Below, one piece after another: positions 1 through 10,750 of a stretch of DNA of 64,000 bases (the stretch's first letter is position 1; each line of letters begins with the position of its first letter). The position numbers were made by a program, and so were the translations under genes. Origin of the DNA: Epithemia pelagica (Eukaryota > Protista > Bacillariophyta); NCBI GenBank assembly GCA_946965045.2, contig OX337242.1, positions 2,170,001 through 2,234,000 on the forward strand, read 5' to 3'. The notes beneath the pieces were generated by a model, which searched no databases, was not told where the DNA came from, and saw only the letters and a list, made by a program, of their open reading frames with translations.

Positions 1-2353
1 CCGATGACAAATTTTGTAATTCCTATTGCATACTCCTGGTGGTTCCGCTCCATTCGTACATCCACCAATCAAACTTCATCCTCCTTGGTGGTTCCGTTTC
101 ACACGTACGTCCACCGACACAACTTCCTTTCAACATTGTGGTTCAACCAACCCGATGGTTATTTAATCCACAATTCTGCATCTCTCCTGATGGAAAACAA
201 TAATAGAAAAACCATCTCAATCTCTTTGTGGTTCGGCACAACGATTCTGCTGCTTACTCCACAGGAAAACAGGTTAACAACCAAATGGAATTCAACCAAG
301 CTCGTGCTTTGTCCAGAACTGTGGTACGGGACGCCAGGACGTTTGCTGCTGGCAACACGGTCAATGTACCTCGGAGCAGGGCTGGTACTGAATCTTTATC
401 AAATCGTTACCGTCTTTTCATCTGCTTGCTTCTTAGAGCAGGAAGGCCAGTATTTTCCACAATTACCTTACGTTTGGGGGCGATGTCCCCATAGACTGCA
501 TGTGTCTCTTCGTCTACACCTGCCTTCTCATTCTTAGTTTCTGTCTGCTCACAATGAGCAACATCAGACAGTAAAATCCTTTCATGTCTGGCTCCCGCGT
601 GTAACAAGAGCTTTGCGACTCATCCCAGGCCATAGCTGCATTTACAGATTTTCAGAGACCCACAGGGTGCGCAACTTTTCATAGCACGACTCGTTGTTGT
701 CGCAAAACCGTGACGCATACACCACCTTCAGGCTGTGGTTGGCCATTAGTACTGCCCTGTTCGGCTCATTGCTTTATTATCCGCGTACATCATGGCCTCA
801 GCCTTATGAATCCACTGATAATGGCAACTCTTTCTTGCGCATGAACGCATACTGGATTCCATTCATCAATGTTGTCCCCCCTGGAATTGGTGGGACCATA
901 ATATGCATGGCTGTTAGGCATTTGCCCGTTGATGTTTGTATTACACACACCATCACACCACGGTGAAACTTGATCGCTTGTCGGCTCACAAGAGCGTCCC
1001 CGGAAACACATTCCGTTTCCCTTATATTTCTGTTGCCGCACGAGCTTCCTTGCCTCCCACACGTTGCCCCGCCATGGGGCTAACAACGCAACTGTGGTAC
1101 CTGAGGCCTTGTCCTTACACATCCAATATTGGCTACTACCAACAGCTGCTTTCATCAAGAGCACTTCTCGCTATCATTGCCAAAGTTCTCAAACCACAAT
1201 GACCCCTCTTTCTGTTGGATTACATGCACAAATGCCACGCGTTGTGAGTGCATCCCGAAGGCATTATGGCTTTGGTCATTGTTTCATTGATGATTTCTTT
1301 GAAGCAAAGATAATGCGTACAACTACCTCCTCTCACGGAGTGTTCTGCACGATGGGCGCATTGTGCCCCGTTGACATAGCTGTCGGACACAGCTTTCACA
1401 GACAAAACGTGTCGCGGTGACATCAACTTGCATGATGCAGTCACAGACAAAATGCTTTCACAGACAAAACGTGTCACAGTGACTTGGATTGACATGCTTC
1501 GATTGACTGGGGTTGCAACATTCCCCCCTTGACCGGTGCATATATGCACGGGTCATGTGGTGCAACAAAGTGTGGCGACAACAAAGTGATGGCCCCAGCG
1601 CAACGTTCTTATTGTTTTAGACGAACATTGCAGCTTGCACAAAATTATGGTTCAACGCCATCGCACCACAAAGTGACTGGAACATGTCACATTCTTCACA
1701 TTACGTTTTCTTGTTGTACATCACAACGATTTATGCTTCATGGGTGTCTTACAGGGCCTTATCTGCCCGCACCAATGTTCATAGAGATAGTATAGGGACT
1801 AGCAACTTCAATGATTTGATAATCCATTGCTCCAACGGTTTCAGAGATCGCATGTAATTGACAGCGCAACAGAACACAGTGTTCACGCAGTACCAGGCGC
1901 AGGAAACGTTGTCTTTGTCAACAGGCCCTCGTAATTCGATACTATTACGGGCGTTGTATCTTCGCATCATAATGGAGGGTCATCACCTTGAAGTGACATC
2001 TGACCCATGGCGACTCCATCTCTCGGATGCCGCGTGTACTGCTGCGCCAACTGCGCATATGGTTGGATTTCTCTTCAGCATTTTGTACATGCGATGCCAA
2101 AAATGGCGTATCCACATGATGCTTGAGTCAGGAAAAGATATTCTGTAGCCCGCCAGTCCGGCGCTCTGGCTGGAAATTCGACAATCATAGGTCGTAGTTT
2201 GACATAAAATCAGCAAATTATATCTTGTGGCCCGCCAATCTGGCCCTCTTGCTGGAAATTCGACACTAAGGTCGCAGTTCGACAATAAGTCTTTTTAATA
2301 TCCACCGATGAGCCAGTGGTGTCGCTAAGGTGATCAAGCTTAGCCTCAAAAAA

Positions 2354-2730
2354 CTCCTGTGATGGAAGGCAATCGCCAAATCCCTCACGAATGACAGTGG
2401 ACGGATGCTCATCAATCCGTCATGAGCCACTGCCACCGACAAAAGGTCGTTAACTATCGACACCAACGCTGGACGTCTCGTTCTTATTTTGGCTATCCTG
2501 GTGCTCAAACTGCCCATTAGCTGTGCTTGTTTGTTTTCGTAGGTTCTATTGTCAACCTCCTGTGATGGAAGGCAATCGCCAAATCCTTCACGAATGACAG
2601 TGGACGGATACTCATCACGCCGTCATGAGCCACTGCCACCGACAAAATGCCGTACACCAATGCTGGGCATCACATTCTTATTCTTGGCTGTCCTGTTCAT
2701 AGCTGCCCATTGGTTGTGTTTCTTGATGTT
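2354..2730. repeat. Two diverged direct repeats, 203-bp period
   Basis: CTCCTGTGATGGAAGGCAATCGCCAAATCC...GAGCCACTGCCACCGACAAAA starts at 2354 and at 2557. Confidence 0.85.
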
Positions 2731-2903
2731 GGGAGGTGATATTGTCATGGCAGAACCGTGACCATATGGTACCTTCTCATCCCAGAAAGGTTATGTTAAA
2801 AATCCTCTGATTTTGCGGATTAATGATAACCTTGTTTCTTGTTCGTGTTTCTTCTTGCTCGTAAAAAGACTCCGAGCTTGTGCTTCATATATTTGTCGTC
2901 ATA

Positions 2904-3137
2904 GGACCTTGAGCTATAACTTGCTCATCAAAGGACCTTGATCTATAACATGCTCATCAACAGGCCTTGAGCTACAAACCTTGAGCCATGACTTGCTCGT
3001 GGTGACGTTCAGTCAACCACAGACTTTGAGCTGTAACTTGCTCGTCAACAAATTTAATGTCATCAAAAGGCCTTGAGCTGTAACATGCTCATCAAAGGAC
3101 CTTGATCCATAACATGCTCATCGACAGACCTTGAGCT
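2904..3137. repeat. Degenerate 29-bp tandem minisatellite next to the copia insertion
   Basis: Units like GGACCTTGAGCTATAACTTGCTCATCAAA at 2904, 2933, 2962, ~3021, 3068, 3097, 3126. Confidence 0.85.
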
Positions 3138-3142
3138 CCTGT

Positions 3143-3925
3143 TGTTAGAATTCTCACCGTCTATGGTGGTTAGATTCTACATCTCATCGATTCCCCATGT
3201 CACATAGCCTCGTGCTATCGCATCATGCCCTCTAGCTTCGAGCTATGTTTCCTAGCTTCGCGCTATATCGACCTATATTTCTTCGCAAATCATGAAAAGT
3301 GAGAATAGATTGACGAACTCACTCTCAAGACTAAACTGGGTCGTGCGGTATTACAACGGACGTAAATTTGGCCGTTGCTCGGACATTATACTAACGCCCT
3401 AAGCGTACGCGCCCGAAATCATCGAGCGCGCCCAAGCGACATCCGAGCGCTATCGGCATCTATCCGACCCAACGGTCTAAGTATCCCAAGCACGACACAC
3501 GATCACGCGAGACCATATTTCCATTCCCACAATCTCCAAATTGTCAACAAGCTGCGCGCCATGAAAACAACTATGCCAACCCAAAGCAAGAACTGTTGAC
3601 CCTGTATATGTTATCCGCCCACATATACATGTCATATACATCACATGAATCAACTCCAACTATTCCAAACCTGTTGCCGCCAAGAACCTATGACACATGA
3701 CCCTTGGCAGGACCGAACATTTCACGTAGACCTATCGTAGTAATCAACACACAATCTAACAATATCACCATTTATCACATCCTCTTTTGTGTCCCGACTA
3801 TCCTTCTGATAGACTTTGACTTGCTTGCTTCTCTGACCCTGAGAAGCTTGTATCGGTTGGTGACCTACCTGATTGTCTGCTCTACCGAGCATCAATGTCC
3901 CTACGATTCAGAAAGAATTGTAACA
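3143..3925 (+). repeat. 5' LTR (783 bp)
   Basis: Starts TGTTAGAATTCTC, ends GAATTGTAACA; I found no differences from 10745-11527, and the ORF-track translations inside both copies are identical apart from flank read-through. Confidence 0.97.
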
Positions 3926-3939
3926 GATTAACAGTCTCA
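3926..3939 (+). promoter_or_regulatory. Putative primer-binding site complementary to a tRNA-Asn(GUU) anticodon arm (half-tRNA priming)
   Basis: GATTAACAGTCTCA abuts the 5' LTR; its reverse complement TGAGA-CT-GTT-AA-TC has the layout of an anticodon stem, 7-nt loop and positions 39-40; no TGG (CCA-complementary) start. Confidence 0.6.
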
Positions 3940-3961
3940 AAGCTTATTTCCTTGTGGTTTC

Positions 3962-4741
3962 ATGGATACTAACAAGATTATCACTCCTGTACGACAGATC
4001 TATCGAGCCAACCTGCATCCCGGGCAGCCCGATACCCTGGTGCAGCAGGAACTGGTGCCGACGCCGAAGGCAGCCAACACATCGGTCAACATCTCCGTCG
4101 ACAGTTCCAACAGCAACCCATTCGAGACTCCAACCCAGCCTCACGCTCCAATCCCTGCGCCGTTGCTTCGGCCCCCGAGTCCGCCTCGTCGGCTCGTCCC
4201 TTCTCGATCCCGTCGTACCACCCGGTTGATTGCTGATCATATCAAGTACTTCCGCCAACCAACTTGTTCGACCTTCGATCCCGAGATCATCCGTGGGGAG
4301 ACCCAGATCGAACGCCAGTTCCAATCGGTGACCAACATCGTCGACCAAGAAGACATTGACCGTCTGAACGACCAACTTCATCGTTCTCCGAGGCGTCGCC
4401 TCATCTTTGCCGCCCTCTCGGGCAACCCCATCCGTACTGTCCACCTCCGCTTCCTAACCTTCGAGCGCCCAACTGGATACTACAATACCATCCACGTCGT
4501 GAACGCGACGACTTGCCCTCTGCCTCCTAACGTTGTACGCCTAGATAACTACGTTGCCTACATCCACGAGGTCCATACCATCGAGGACCATCGTGCAACT
4601 ATCTACCCTTTGCGTACCGAGGTCGAGAACCACCTGGCTGAAGGTGATACCCCTTCTTCTGTTGCTTGTGCTGCCCCATCTGAGCCTGGAAGCGACTCTG
4701 ATCATTCGGAAGAGGGTGAGGATTCGGAGACCGAAGCTTAA
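3962..4741 (+). CDS. Extra 259-aa ORF of unknown function inside the copia element, upstream of gag-pol
   Basis: ATG-initiated open frame between PBS and gag-pol; Pro/Arg-rich N-part, globular-looking middle, acidic tail; no motif recognised. Confidence 0.75.
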   Translation: MDTNKIITPVRQIYRANLHPGQPDTLVQQELVPTPKAANTSVNISVDSSNSNPFETPTQPHAPIPAPLLRPPSPPRRLVPSRSRRTTRLIADHIKYFRQPTCSTFDPEIIRGETQIERQFQSVTNIVDQEDIDRLNDQLHRSPRRRLIFAALSGNPIRTVHLRFLTFERPTGYYNTIHVVNATTCPLPPNVVRLDNYVAYIHEVHTIEDHRATIYPLRTEVENHLAEGDTPSSVACAAPSEPGSDSDHSEEGEDSETEA

Positions 4742-4837
4742 TTACTCATAGTTAACTCCCGTCCTCTCAAAACCTTTCCAAGACTTAAACTCAACGCACA
4801 TCCGGGTACCCTTGGTCGCACAACACGCCACACATTC

Positions 4838-5060
4838 CCGTCAAATCGCGAAAATTCGGCGAAAATTTGTTGAAACTCGGCGAAAATTTGTCGAAAATCA
4901 ACGGAAATTTCCAGGAGTCGCACATCACAACACACATCCGGGTATCACATACGTGGTACATACGTGGCACACGTGGTACATCCGGGTTCACATCACATCA
5001 CACATTAAATAAACCACATCACACCGCACATTAAATAAACATCGAACCAACCAAATAACA
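4838..5060 (+). repeat. Repeat-rich spacer between extra ORF and gag-pol
   Basis: Reiterated CGAAAATT, CGTGGTACA/CGTGGCACA and CACATTAAATAAAC motifs. Confidence 0.7.
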
Positions 5061-5062
5061 CC

Positions 5063-8000
5063 ATGGATCCTCAATCACCCAAGACACCTACGACTCCTAA
5101 GGGAGAAGATAACCAAGACAATGTCTCGGACACAGACCTATTCGACCACATCATATTTACTGTCTGCCAATTCTTCACCAAAGAAAGGGCCGACTACTTA
5201 ATGAAGTGGATGAAATACCATGGTTTTGAGAACATTACCCATGTTATCTCGTATATGCAAACTAATACCGAGGAATCCATGAAGGAACTGACACAATACA
5301 AGGTCAACAAACAGACACATGATCTACAAGGCCCCACAAGACAGCAGATCAAGCTCTTGGCTTATTGGGCCACATACAAGACCAATGAAATTCAAGACGA
5401 GCTATCCAATAGCGACTGGATGAACCTAACGAGGAAAGAGTTCAACACTTGGAGGATCAACACAGATTTCTCTAAGGGACCACCTAGCCAAGTCCCAGTC
5501 TCGCCAATGAAGTCACCGTCATCTGTGAAATCTGTCAGCACAGTTACTGCCGCATCCCAATCTCAACAAGACCTTACAGCATTCAGAAAGGGAACTAAGC
5601 GCGACGCAACTGCATATGAGGTATTCAAGGATGAACGATACTACGATTCATTCTGGCGTGTATTCAAGACTACAGCTAAGGCTCAAGGCCTATCCAACGT
5701 TCTGAATTTCAAATACACACCACCCCATGATGATGAGTATGCCGAAGAACTTTTTCAAGAGCAACAAGTATTTCTTTACTCCGTTCTTGTCCGTATCATT
5801 CAGACTGACCAAGGTCGAGCCTATGTACGTGAACATGAACATGATGAAGATGCGCGTGCCGTATTGCAGAAGTTGCACTCTTTGCATACCGAATCCGACC
5901 TAGCAAAGCGAGAAGTCCTCCGCTTAACCAACTACATTTCCAATCTACGTCTTAACGACACATGGCGCGGAACAACACGTCAATTTCTTCTACACTTTCA
6001 AGAGCAGCTACGTTTGCTAGACAATTTAGTGTCATTGTCTGATCGCATCCCTGATCATACCAGGATGACCTTCCTCATGCAAGCTGTAGAAAAGGTACCT
6101 GATCTCCGCCGAGTCAAGATCTTGGATAATGTGGTGAACACCAAATCCGGTGCAAAATCCCTTTGCTATCAATCATACTTCCGTCTCCTTCTAGACGCAG
6201 CTTATGACCATGACCAAGCAACCCAGTCATCTGTTCATAGTCGCCGTCGACATGTCAAACAACATGAATCACTATATGGCCAAGATACAGATGCTGACAT
6301 AACCTCACAAGATGATATGGAGTATCATGTCCACAACACCAAAGCGACATCTGAATCTCCATCCTCTTCGTCCAAGGTTAGTCTACCGCGTGACCTATGG
6401 TTCAAACTTTCTGAAGAAGATCGCAAGCTGATCATTGAGTATAACAAGATGATTCAAGCACCTTCATCAACAACACCGAGGAAAGTGCAAACACATGCCC
6501 TCGACATTGATCCGGAACCTGATCCTGACCCCAACCAAGTTGCATCTGATGACGACTCACCTGGCGTTGTCCCTGAGCATCCAGATGATTCAGATCCGGT
6601 TACACAATTTATCAATCAAGCCATGACGACTGATATCAATCACCCGGCAACTGACCTGACTAGTGTTCTTTCTAACGCCAAGTCCAAGACGAGCAAGAAG
6701 GTTACTTTCAAAACCAACATGCATAAACAAGCAGGACATGTTCCACGCTATCTGTTTTCCAGGAAATCTACTTTACCAGGAAATCAATTGATTGACCGTG
6801 GTGCTAATGGAGGACTTGCTGGTTCTGACATGCGCATCCTTTCTAAGACTGGCCGCCATATCACTATTGTGGGTATTGATAACCATGAACTTACTGGACT
6901 TCCTGTCGTCACATGTGCCGCAAAGTTTGAGACCAATGACGGACCTATTGTCGGCATCTTCAATGAATATGCTTATTATGGAAAGGGCTTATCTATCCAT
7001 GCTCCTGGTCAATTCGAGCATTTCGGACTTGCTGTTGATGAACGATCTGTTAAAGTTGATGGTAAACAACGCATCACTACACTTGATGGTCGTGCCATAC
7101 CCCTTCACATCAAGGATGGGTTAGCCTATATCCACTCCTTGGGTATCCCCAGCGACGATGACATGGATACCTTACCTCAGATCATCTTCACGTCACCCGA
7201 CACATGGGATCCTGGTGTTCTGGACCATTCGTATTCTCCCACACCCTCTGACAATGATCCTGATTGGAAACACGTCAAGACTGATGGTAGTATGTCGAAC
7301 CATCCATATGACAACTATGGGGAGTACACTGATCGTGTTGTTTGTAACCTCAATCTCCTTTTGGATCTCCCATACGATCATGGACCTGACGACGCACCCT
7401 TCTTTTCTATCTATGCTGACGCAGAAGGTAATGATCCTACACTTCATGCCTCTGTCCACCGTCGTTACCAGGAAGCGTATGACTGGAAGAAGTTCCGTCC
7501 ATTCTTTGGTTGGCAATCTGAAGATGTTATTGCCGATACGTTCAAGCACACTACACGTAATGGTAGCATTACTTTTGACCACGACACCCTCAAGAAACAT
7601 TTCAAGGCTCGCAATCCGGTCCTTAATATACCTCGACGTCATGAACCCGTTGCTACTGACTCGGTTTTCTCCGACACCCCTGCTGTTGACCATGGCGGTA
7701 AAGTCGCACAAATCTTTGTTGGTCGAGATACTCTGGTTACTGATATCTATGGGATCAAGTCAACCAAACAGTTTGTCAATACTCTCCAGGATAACATCCG
7801 GTTTCGTGGTGCCATGGAGACTCTTATCAGTGATGGTGGTTCATCTCTCATCTCTCAAAAGGTCAAAGACATTCTTCGCACTTTGCTTATTGGGGAGTAT
7901 CGATCTGAACCTTATCATCAACACCAGAATAAGGCTGAAAACCGTTACCAGACCGTTAAACGTATGACCAACGCTCTCATGAATGCCACTGGTTGCCCTG

Positions 8001-10750
8001 CCAACACCTGGCTTCTTTGCCTTGAGTATGTCTGTGACTTATTGAACCATACGTCATCACCCACCCATTCCGGTCGCACTCCTCTTGAGGCTCTCTCCGG
8101 ACGCCCACCCGACATTACTCATCTCTTGTTCTTTCCTTTCTGGGATGAGGTTTACTACCGTGTCGACCCCGCTGAACCCAATTCTGGTTCATATCCATCT
8201 TCTTCTGATGAGAAACTTGGCCACTGGGTTGGTTTTGCTCACAACGTTGGTGATTCTTTTACTTGGAAGATTCTCACCCAAGATAACCAGATAATCTACC
8301 GTTCTGCCGTTCGCCGTGTTGAATCCACTACACCTAACCTACGTGTGGATCGACCTTCAGGGGAGGATTCGTCTGAGAAGGATGACAATGATAAGCAAGC
8401 TGACACTGTCTTCATTCGCAGTGATAGTGAAGATCCATCCAAACCAATGCCCACGATCGATTTTGACGACATGATAGGACGCACATTCCTATGCGACACA
8501 GAAGAAAATGGGGAGCGACATCGTGCACGTGTCATCAAACGAGTCATTGATCTTAATGAAGAAGCAACGAAACAGGAAGAACGTGTCAAATACATCTACC
8601 GAAAGACAAATTCTGATGTTGATGAGATGATATCCTATAATCAACTCATGGAGTATATCGAACGAGATAACCAAGCTCAAACCTCTGGAGATAATCTTTT
8701 CAGGTTCAGGGATGTCATTGCCCATCAAGGCCCACTGAACACAACTGATCCAGATTACAAGGGGAGCAAATATAATTTGCTTGTTGATTGGGAAACTGGG
8801 GAGACTACCTATGAACCTTTATCACTCATTGCCAATGATGATCCGATCACTGTAGCAATTTATGGAAAGAAACATGGTTTACTCAACGAACCTGGATGGA
8901 AGCATTTGAAACGTTATGTCAAAACAAGCAAACGTCTCATTCGAGCAGCCAAACAGTCAAGGATTAAACAAGTTCACCATTCCGTCAAGTATAAGTTTGG
9001 ATTCCAAGTACCACGCAATTATGAGGAAGCTGTCGCTCTTGATAAACAACATGGCAACACAAAGTGGCAGGATGCAACAGAATTAGAATTGTCACAGATC
9101 CAGTCCTACAAGACATTCAAGGATTTTGGGAAAGCCATCTTCATTAAAGGGAAAGTATCCAATGCACCTGAAGGATATCATAAGATACGTGTACATCTTG
9201 TCTTTGACGTAAAACATGATGGACGACATAAAGCAAGACTTGTCGCAGATGGACATCTCACAAAAGAACCTGTTGAGACAATCTATTCAGGTGTTGTTTC
9301 CATTCGCAATCTCCGCATTGCCTTATTCCTGGGTACTTTGAATGACTTGGAAATATGGGGAGCAGATATTGGAAACGCATATCTGGAAGCCTTGACAGGG
9401 GAGAAAATTTTCATTGTCGCAGGACCTGAATTCAAGGAATTAGAAGGTCACATCCTGATTATATACAAGGCACTTTATGGATTGAAGTCATCAGGCGCAC
9501 GCTGGCATGATGTCTTATTCGATGTTTTGACAGACATGGGATTTTCACCAAGCAAAGCAGATCCGGATATCTGGATGAGGAAAGCACCTGGAGAAGACTG
9601 TTACGAATACATTGCCGTATACGTTGATGACTTAGCCATTATTTCTACTGATCCTGGGAATATCTGCAAGATCCTGAAGGAGAAATACAACTTCAAACTC
9701 AAAGGAGATGGACCTATTGATTTCCACTTGGGATGTTGTTACACCAAGGATTCTGATGGAACATTAGTAGCAGATCCAAGACGCTACATTGGTAAGATGA
9801 TGGACACTTTCGAACGAATCTTCAAGGAGAAACCCAAGAAAGCCAAAACACCTCTTATTGGTGGAGACCATCCTGAATTGGATGATTCTGAGCTCCTTGA
9901 TGAAGAAGGTACTAGCCATTTCCAAACTCTGATTGGACAACTCCAATGGGTGATCACTATTGGTCGTTTCGACGTCTTCACCGCTACAATGACGCTATCA
10001 CGCTTTCGCGCTGCTCCGAGGAAAGGACATCTTGATAGAGCCAAGCGTATCTATGGATACCTTGCACATCTCCCAGAAGGCGCAATCAGATTTAGGATTG
10101 GAGAGCCTGATTATTCAAGTCTTCCTACCCAAGAATTTGATTGGACTCGCACTGTCTATTCGAATGCAAGTGAACGTATTCCTGAAGACTGCCCAACACC
10201 TCTTGGTCGCTATGTTACCACAACTCATTATGTTGATGCCAATCTCATGCATGACATAGTCACTGGTAAATCCGTCACTGCTGTTCTACATTTGTTGAAC
10301 GGAACACCTATTGACTGGTACAGCAAGAGACAGAGCACGGTGGAAACTGCTACCTATGGATCCGAGTTTGTGGCTGCAAGGACAGCAATAGATCAGATTA
10401 CAGAATTACGACATTCTCTCCGCTACCTTGGAGTACCTATCCGAGAGCGAAGTTACATGTACGGAGATAACAGATCCGTTGTGCTCAATGCAACCGTTCC
10501 TCATTCCATACTATCCAAGAGACACCATCTTCTGTCATACCACCGAGTTCGTGAAGCCATCGCAGCAAAGTATGTTGCATTCTACTGGAAAGATGGAAAG
10601 ACCAACCCTGCCGATATCCTTAGCAAACATTGGGATTTCGTATCTATTTGGCCCATGCTCAAGCCATTGCTGTTTTGGAAAGGAGAAGTTCAAGATCTCA
10701 ACAAATCCAATGATGACAAGGCTGAAACGACGAGTTGTGGGGAGTGTTAG
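5063..10750 (+). CDS. Gag-Pol polyprotein (1895 aa): aspartic protease, integrase with chromodomain-like tail, reverse transcriptase, RNase H
   Basis: Protease LIDRGANGG; integrase ATDSVF / LISDGG / NKAENRY; RT HLVFDVK..KARLVA, ADIGNAYL, KALYGLKSSG, YVDD; RNase H YVDAN, TYGSEF, YGDNRSV, NPADILSK. Confidence 0.98.
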   Translation: MDPQSPKTPTTPKGEDNQDNVSDTDLFDHIIFTVCQFFTKERADYLMKWMKYHGFENITHVISYMQTNTEESMKELTQYKVNKQTHDLQGPTRQQIKLLAYWATYKTNEIQDELSNSDWMNLTRKEFNTWRINTDFSKGPPSQVPVSPMKSPSSVKSVSTVTAASQSQQDLTAFRKGTKRDATAYEVFKDERYYDSFWRVFKTTAKAQGLSNVLNFKYTPPHDDEYAEELFQEQQVFLYSVLVRIIQTDQGRAYVREHEHDEDARAVLQKLHSLHTESDLAKREVLRLTNYISNLRLNDTWRGTTRQFLLHFQEQLRLLDNLVSLSDRIPDHTRMTFLMQAVEKVPDLRRVKILDNVVNTKSGAKSLCYQSYFRLLLDAAYDHDQATQSSVHSRRRHVKQHESLYGQDTDADITSQDDMEYHVHNTKATSESPSSSSKVSLPRDLWFKLSEEDRKLIIEYNKMIQAPSSTTPRKVQTHALDIDPEPDPDPNQVASDDDSPGVVPEHPDDSDPVTQFINQAMTTDINHPATDLTSVLSNAKSKTSKKVTFKTNMHKQAGHVPRYLFSRKSTLPGNQLIDRGANGGLAGSDMRILSKTGRHITIVGIDNHELTGLPVVTCAAKFETNDGPIVGIFNEYAYYGKGLSIHAPGQFEHFGLAVDERSVKVDGKQRITTLDGRAIPLHIKDGLAYIHSLGIPSDDDMDTLPQIIFTSPDTWDPGVLDHSYSPTPSDNDPDWKHVKTDGSMSNHPYDNYGEYTDRVVCNLNLLLDLPYDHGPDDAPFFSIYADAEGNDPTLHASVHRRYQEAYDWKKFRPFFGWQSEDVIADTFKHTTRNGSITFDHDTLKKHFKARNPVLNIPRRHEPVATDSVFSDTPAVDHGGKVAQIFVGRDTLVTDIYGIKSTKQFVNTLQDNIRFRGAMETLISDGGSSLISQKVKDILRTLLIGEYRSEPYHQHQNKAENRYQTVKRMTNALMNATGCPANTWLLCLEYVCDLLNHTSSPTHSGRTPLEALSGRPPDITHLLFFPFWDEVYYRVDPAEPNSGSYPSSSDEKLGHWVGFAHNVGDSFTWKILTQDNQIIYRSAVRRVESTTPNLRVDRPSGEDSSEKDDNDKQADTVFIRSDSEDPSKPMPTIDFDDMIGRTFLCDTEENGERHRARVIKRVIDLNEEATKQEERVKYIYRKTNSDVDEMISYNQLMEYIERDNQAQTSGDNLFRFRDVIAHQGPLNTTDPDYKGSKYNLLVDWETGETTYEPLSLIANDDPITVAIYGKKHGLLNEPGWKHLKRYVKTSKRLIRAAKQSRIKQVHHSVKYKFGFQVPRNYEEAVALDKQHGNTKWQDATELELSQIQSYKTFKDFGKAIFIKGKVSNAPEGYHKIRVHLVFDVKHDGRHKARLVADGHLTKEPVETIYSGVVSIRNLRIALFLGTLNDLEIWGADIGNAYLEALTGEKIFIVAGPEFKELEGHILIIYKALYGLKSSGARWHDVLFDVLTDMGFSPSKADPDIWMRKAPGEDCYEYIAVYVDDLAIISTDPGNICKILKEKYNFKLKGDGPIDFHLGCCYTKDSDGTLVADPRRYIGKMMDTFERIFKEKPKKAKTPLIGGDHPELDDSELLDEEGTSHFQTLIGQLQWVITIGRFDVFTATMTLSRFRAAPRKGHLDRAKRIYGYLAHLPEGAIRFRIGEPDYSSLPTQEFDWTRTVYSNASERIPEDCPTPLGRYVTTTHYVDANLMHDIVTGKSVTAVLHLLNGTPIDWYSKRQSTVETATYGSEFVAARTAIDQITELRHSLRYLGVPIRERSYMYGDNRSVVLNATVPHSILSKRHHLLSYHRVREAIAAKYVAFYWKDGKTNPADILSKHWDFVSIWPMLKPLLFWKGEVQDLNKSNDDKAETTSCGEC

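Noticed and set aside
790-989. Minus-strand GKCLTAMHIMVPPIPGG as a pogo/Tc5 transposase fragment
   Set aside because: Only a vague resemblance; no downstream DDE motifs could be found by eye.
2904-3137. 29-bp partly palindromic repeats as a CRISPR array
   Set aside because: Units are contiguous with no unique spacers, there are no cas genes, and the context is eukaryotic.
3375-3931. Short ORFs inside the LTRs (and their twins at 10977-11626)
   Set aside because: Non-ATG or short frames that recur only because the LTR is duplicated; no protein features.
3944-4444. 166-aa antisense ORF overlapping the extra copia ORF
   Set aside because: Likely a shadow of the GC-rich sense ORF; no independent evidence.
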